DNA of 29,251 nt from a virus. Taxonomy: Duplodnaviria > Caudoviricetes. The notes under the pieces were generated by a model. That model had not been told where the DNA came from. It saw nothing but the letters and a program-made list of their open reading frames with translations, and searched no databases. The stretch is taken from positions 1 to 29,251 of the IMG/VR virus record IMGVR_UViG_3300025637_000046; one strand, written 5' to 3'. Both the position numbers and the translations under genes were made by a program. Within the stretch, counting starts at the first letter, position 1. Each line of letters starts with the position of its first letter. Below are positions 25,782-29,251 of the stretch, one piece after another.

Positions 25782-26705
25782 ATGATAACAAGTCTTGAAC
25801 ATATCAAAGGTAAATTACTAGACGTCAAATACGACCGTATAGAACAGGGATTACCTTTAGATGTAGAAGCTATAGACGAATACTTAAGATTTAAGAAAGG
25901 AGCTTTTAATATTTGCGTAGGACACGCTAACACAGGAAAGACAACTACTATATTATACCTAATGATGGCTTACGCTATGAAGCACGACCTTAAATGGTTA
26001 ATTTTCTCTTCTGAAAATACAGACTACAGTATAGCTCGTAAACTATTAGAATTTAGAACAGGAGAACCAATACAAAAGATACCTGACGCTATTATAGATA
26101 TAGAACTTAAATGGATTAATGACCACTTTAAAATTATAGCAGTAGATAAAATATACACAGCTAGAAGTTTAATGGATGAGGCTAAGTCTATTAAAGATGC
26201 TTGGAACTATGACGGTTTATTAGTAGACCCTTATAACTCTTTAGCAAAAGACCCACAGCTATTAAGAACTGTAGGAGGTCACGAATACGATTACCAGATA
26301 GCTTCAGAAATGAGATTATTTTGTAAGAAAGAAAACGTTTCTATGTGGTTAAATTGTCACGCAGTTACAGAAGCATTAAGAAGGACTCACGACTCACAGC
26401 ACGAGTTTGCAGGTTTCCCAAAGCCTCCTAGTATGGCAGACGTCGAAGGCGGTGGTAAATGGGGAAACAGAGCTGACGATGTAATAGCTATTCACAGATA
26501 TACACAACACCCAACTAGATGGATGGTTTCAGATATTCACGTTAAGAAAGTAAAAGAAACAGAGACAGGCGGAAGACCAACATCTATGGACTCACCTATT
26601 TCACTTCGTATGATGCCTTCTAACGTAACATTTACTATAGCAGGTAGAGATATTATAATACCATCACTAAAACAAAGCAAAACAGAATCTAAAATCGAAT
26701 TTTAA
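25782..26705 (+). CDS. Replicative helicase (SF4, DnaB/T7 gp4-like ATPase domain)
   Basis: Walker A GHANTGKT, FSSEN, Walker B LLVDPYN, GGGKWGNRAD. Confidence 0.8.
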   Translation: MITSLEHIKGKLLDVKYDRIEQGLPLDVEAIDEYLRFKKGAFNICVGHANTGKTTTILYLMMAYAMKHDLKWLIFSSENTDYSIARKLLEFRTGEPIQKIPDAIIDIELKWINDHFKIIAVDKIYTARSLMDEAKSIKDAWNYDGLLVDPYNSLAKDPQLLRTVGGHEYDYQIASEMRLFCKKENVSMWLNCHAVTEALRRTHDSQHEFAGFPKPPSMADVEGGGKWGNRADDVIAIHRYTQHPTRWMVSDIHVKKVKETETGGRPTSMDSPISLRMMPSNVTFTIAGRDIIIPSLKQSKTESKIEF

Positions 26706-27298
26706 TGGAACAGATAAAAGACACAAACAGAGCTCTAGTATTACTTACTAAATACCACAATGAATATATCAAAATGGCTAAGGCTATTTCAGGTAATAAC
26801 GTAAACGTCAGAAACTACGCAGAAGACTACGTACAGGAAGCTTATTTAAGACTAAGTAGATACGATGACTTATACGAGAAAGTAGTAAATGCTAAAGGTA
26901 AAGTATCAAAAGGTTATATGTTCTTTGTACTTAGAAGCATTATATTAAATGACATTAAAAAGAAGTCTAATATTAAATTTTCATTCTTAGGTACTCAATA
27001 CGATTTTGAAGAGAAGTACAATTGGATAGACGAAGGTGTAGACCCATTTATACCAGCCTGTAGTAGATTAGAAGACAAAATGTACAATGTACTTAAAAAA
27101 GAAGCTAAATGGTTTGATTACGAATTATTTAAGAAGTACTTAAAGACAGGTAAGAGCTTTAAAGTTTTAGCTCAAGAGTCTAAGTTAGGAGTAAGGACTA
27201 TTTACTTATCTATTAAGAGATGTAAGTTAATAATAGCAGAGCATTTGTACGAAGACTATGCAGATTTCTTAAACGGTGACTACTCTCACATAAAATAA
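26705..27298 (+). CDS. Phage RNA polymerase sigma-70/ECF-like factor
   Basis: Region 2-like AEDYVQEAYLRL...YMFFVLRSIILNDIKK; region 4-like HTH GKSFKVLAQESKLGVRTIYLSIKRCK. Confidence 0.75.
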   Translation: MEQIKDTNRALVLLTKYHNEYIKMAKAISGNNVNVRNYAEDYVQEAYLRLSRYDDLYEKVVNAKGKVSKGYMFFVLRSIILNDIKKKSNIKFSFLGTQYDFEEKYNWIDEGVDPFIPACSRLEDKMYNVLKKEAKWFDYELFKKYLKTGKSFKVLAQESKLGVRTIYLSIKRCKLIIAEHLYEDYADFLNGDYSHIK

Positions 27299-27309
27299 AC
27301 AAGAAAAAG

Positions 27310-27341
27310 CTTGTGTATGTCATTTATTTGATATACATTTG
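27310..27341 (+). promoter_or_regulatory. Bacteroidota housekeeping-sigma promoter
   Basis: CTTG-N20-TACATTTG. Confidence 0.8.
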
Positions 27342-27369
27342 CTTTAATATTAATTAAAACCTTAATAAT

Positions 27370-27843
27370 ATGGATATTAACGAAAAGATTTTCTTACTAA
27401 ACTCAGAGGGATTAAGTCCAGCTAAGATAGCTCAGAAAATAAAGATTAAAAAAGCAGTAGTTTTAGATATACTAGGAGAGTCTGCTAACAAAGGATTAGG
27501 AACTAAGATAGCAGATGTAACAAAAGCTTTAGGTTTAGACGTAGTAGCTGAGACTGTAGCGGATGTTCTAGGAGCAGATGACTGCGGATGTGCTAAAAGA
27601 GCAGAAGATTTAAATAAATTATTTCCTAATAGAGCTCTTAATGATTTATCAAATGAAGATTTTGACTACTTAACTGAGTTTTTTAAAGCTAAGAAAAGTT
27701 CTGTAAGTTCAAAAGAACAAAGAGAGTTGGTAAATATTTTCAATAGAGTATTTAACGCTAAAAGGAAGGTATCTAATTGCTCACCTTGTGTAGCTAATTT
27801 AACTAGAGATTTAAAAAAGATATATGGAGGAGCTAACAACTAA
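27370..27843 (+). CDS. Hypothetical protein with an N-terminal HTH-like segment and Cys motifs
   Basis: EGLSPAKIAQKIKIKKAVV; DCGC and CSPC. Confidence 0.6.
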   Translation: MDINEKIFLLNSEGLSPAKIAQKIKIKKAVVLDILGESANKGLGTKIADVTKALGLDVVAETVADVLGADDCGCAKRAEDLNKLFPNRALNDLSNEDFDYLTEFFKAKKSSVSSKEQRELVNIFNRVFNAKRKVSNCSPCVANLTRDLKKIYGGANN

Positions 27844-28051
27844 GAAGTTAAAGAAAAAAAACGTCAGACAGTTAGAAGTAATAGCTGACGAAATGGCAAT
27901 GAGATTGAATTGGTTACATTCTACAGGTAAAAACAAAGAAGAGCCAGAGCAATATAAAAGATTAGCCTTAGAGCTATACCACGTATCTGAGTTAATAGAT
28001 GCGAAAATAATAGAAAAGAAACTTAAACCCAAAGTTAATTATGGCAACTAA
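27824..28051 (+). CDS. Hypothetical protein
   Basis: 75 aa ORF overlapping both neighbours. Confidence 0.55.
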   Translation: MEELTTKKLKKKNVRQLEVIADEMAMRLNWLHSTGKNKEEPEQYKRLALELYHVSELIDAKIIEKKLKPKVNYGN

Positions 28052-28784
28052 AAACAAAGATTTCAGACCGAGATTAAAAGGAAACATTAAGAAGGCTTAC
28101 GAGAACTTAGTAAAAGTAGAAGATAAGATATTAGTAATAGGTGATTTACACGAACCGTTTTGTTTAGATGGTTACTTAGCTCATTGTAAAGCTATCTACG
28201 CTAAACATAACTGTAATAAGGTTATATTTATTGGTGACGTAATAGATAATCACTACAGTAGTTTTCACGAGCCTGACCCTGACGGTTTAGGTGGTGGTGA
28301 TGAATTAGACTTAGCTATAAGAAGACTAAGTAAATGGTATAAAGCATTCCCTGTAGCGGATGTATGTATCGGAAATCACGATAGAATAGTAACACGTAAA
28401 GCATTCTCTGGAGGTGTACCTAAGAGATGGATTAAAGGAATGGCAGAAGTTTTAGAGACTCCTAATTGGATTTATGATACTAAATTCATTTACGATAACG
28501 TACAATACATTCACGGTGAATCAGGTAGAGCCTCTAAGAAAGCTAAAGATGATATGATGTCTACAGTGCAAGGTCACAGACATACAGAGATGTTTACAGA
28601 ATACATAGTAGGAGCTAATTACAAAGTATTCGGATGTGCAGTAGGATGTGGAATAGATGTTAGAAGCTATGCAATGGCTTATGGTAAGAATTTTAAGAAG
28701 CCTGCTATAGGATGCGCTGTAGTATTTGGTGGTGAATACGCTATTAATGAGCCTATGTTATTAGGTAAAAAACATAGAGAGTAA
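28041..28784 (+). CDS. Calcineurin-like metallophosphoesterase
   Basis: GDLH, GDVID, GNHD, IHG, GHRH metal-binding motifs. Confidence 0.88.
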   Translation: MATKNKDFRPRLKGNIKKAYENLVKVEDKILVIGDLHEPFCLDGYLAHCKAIYAKHNCNKVIFIGDVIDNHYSSFHEPDPDGLGGGDELDLAIRRLSKWYKAFPVADVCIGNHDRIVTRKAFSGGVPKRWIKGMAEVLETPNWIYDTKFIYDNVQYIHGESGRASKKAKDDMMSTVQGHRHTEMFTEYIVGANYKVFGCAVGCGIDVRSYAMAYGKNFKKPAIGCAVVFGGEYAINEPMLLGKKHRE

Positions 28785-29179
28785 TGAATGAAGAGAGCAC
28801 TATAAAACTCTTAAATACATTAGGAACTAATCTGGTCGGAGCTTCTGACCAGTATAGTTCTTATGATGCAGAAGACAAAGACTACATAGTAGAGATAAAA
28901 AACAGAAGAGATTACTATAGAGATAAACAAATAGAATGTCTAAAGCTATTTAAGAACTTTCAAAAGGCTCAATTAAAAGATAAGCAATTTCTATACGTGG
29001 TTACAGATAATAAAGGAATGCATATATTTAATATAAGTAAGAATATGTTTGCTATAGTATCAAAACCACCTGTAGGAATGAATTGTCCTGTATCTACAGA
29101 TTTTAATAGTAATAAGAGAATAAAGAAATATACCTATAACTTGCCTGAATCAATGGCTAAAACAATAACAAATGAGTAA
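28784..29179 (+). CDS. Putative PD-(D/E)XK nuclease
   Basis: YDA-x6-VEIKNR motif. Confidence 0.55.
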   Translation: MNEESTIKLLNTLGTNLVGASDQYSSYDAEDKDYIVEIKNRRDYYRDKQIECLKLFKNFQKAQLKDKQFLYVVTDNKGMHIFNISKNMFAIVSKPPVGMNCPVSTDFNSNKRIKKYTYNLPESMAKTITNE

Positions 29180-29251
29180 AGAAAAAAGAGAGACATATAC
29201 AATGAGTGAAGAGGAGCTACAGATGTTAACTGAGACGTTTACTAATGACTA
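29172..29251 (+). CDS. Partial hypothetical protein (runs off the window end)
   Basis: ATG overlaps the upstream gene end; MSKEKRETYTMSEEELQMLTETFTND is open to the edge. Confidence 0.5.
   Translation, partial: MSKEKRETYTMSEEELQMLTETFTND

Noticed and set aside
3287-28032. All minus-strand ORFs in the track, plus the nested + ORF at 14293-14475
   Set aside because: They are shadows of longer, motif-bearing + strand genes, and I saw no minus-strand promoters or recognisable motifs
1-29251. Stop-codon reassignment as in some Bacteroidota phages
   Set aside because: Genes tile densely under the standard code, and TAG acts as a real stop (5576, 15640, 22817, 24190)
1-29251. tRNA, rRNA, introns, inteins or IS elements
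   Set aside because: No cloverleaf-like intergenic sequence, no interrupted core genes and no transposase motifs seen

Overview
A 29 kb, AT-rich fragment of a tailed dsDNA phage with siphovirus-type morphogenesis genes, and every credible gene is on the + strand. The host is almost certainly Bacteroidota (probably Flavobacteriia): five canonical -33/-7 (TTG-N20-TAnnTTTG) promoters, A-rich translation starts without Shine-Dalgarno sequences, and a lipoprotein with a Bacteroidetes-type export signal. Positions 1-22.8 kb are the late region: frameshifted tail chaperone, tail completion/Dit/hub/tape measure, prohead protease, a 6.8 kb block of fibre/lectin-domain virion genes, scaffold, major capsid, tail tube, portal, head-tail adaptor, lysis genes and NinG. 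Positions 23.1-29.2 kb are the early/replication region: HTH protein, ERF recombinase, envelope proteins, SSB, helicase, sigma-like factor, metallophosphoesterase and nuclease. Structure not shown by the ORF track: (i) a 16-bp motif ACTGTTTTTAAATAAA found 8 times, only in the late region, the likely promoter of the phage sigma factor; (ii) one copy driving a G-U-rich ~60 nt hairpin ending in a U-tract (candidate small RNA or attenuator); (iii) a -1 frameshift with a long dual-coding overlap; (iv) a shared ~28 aa motif in several accessory virion proteins; (v) a repeat-rich ori/operator-like region at the late/early junction; (vi) apparent GATC and CATG avoidance. Protein family calls come from motif recognition by eye, not from database searches.
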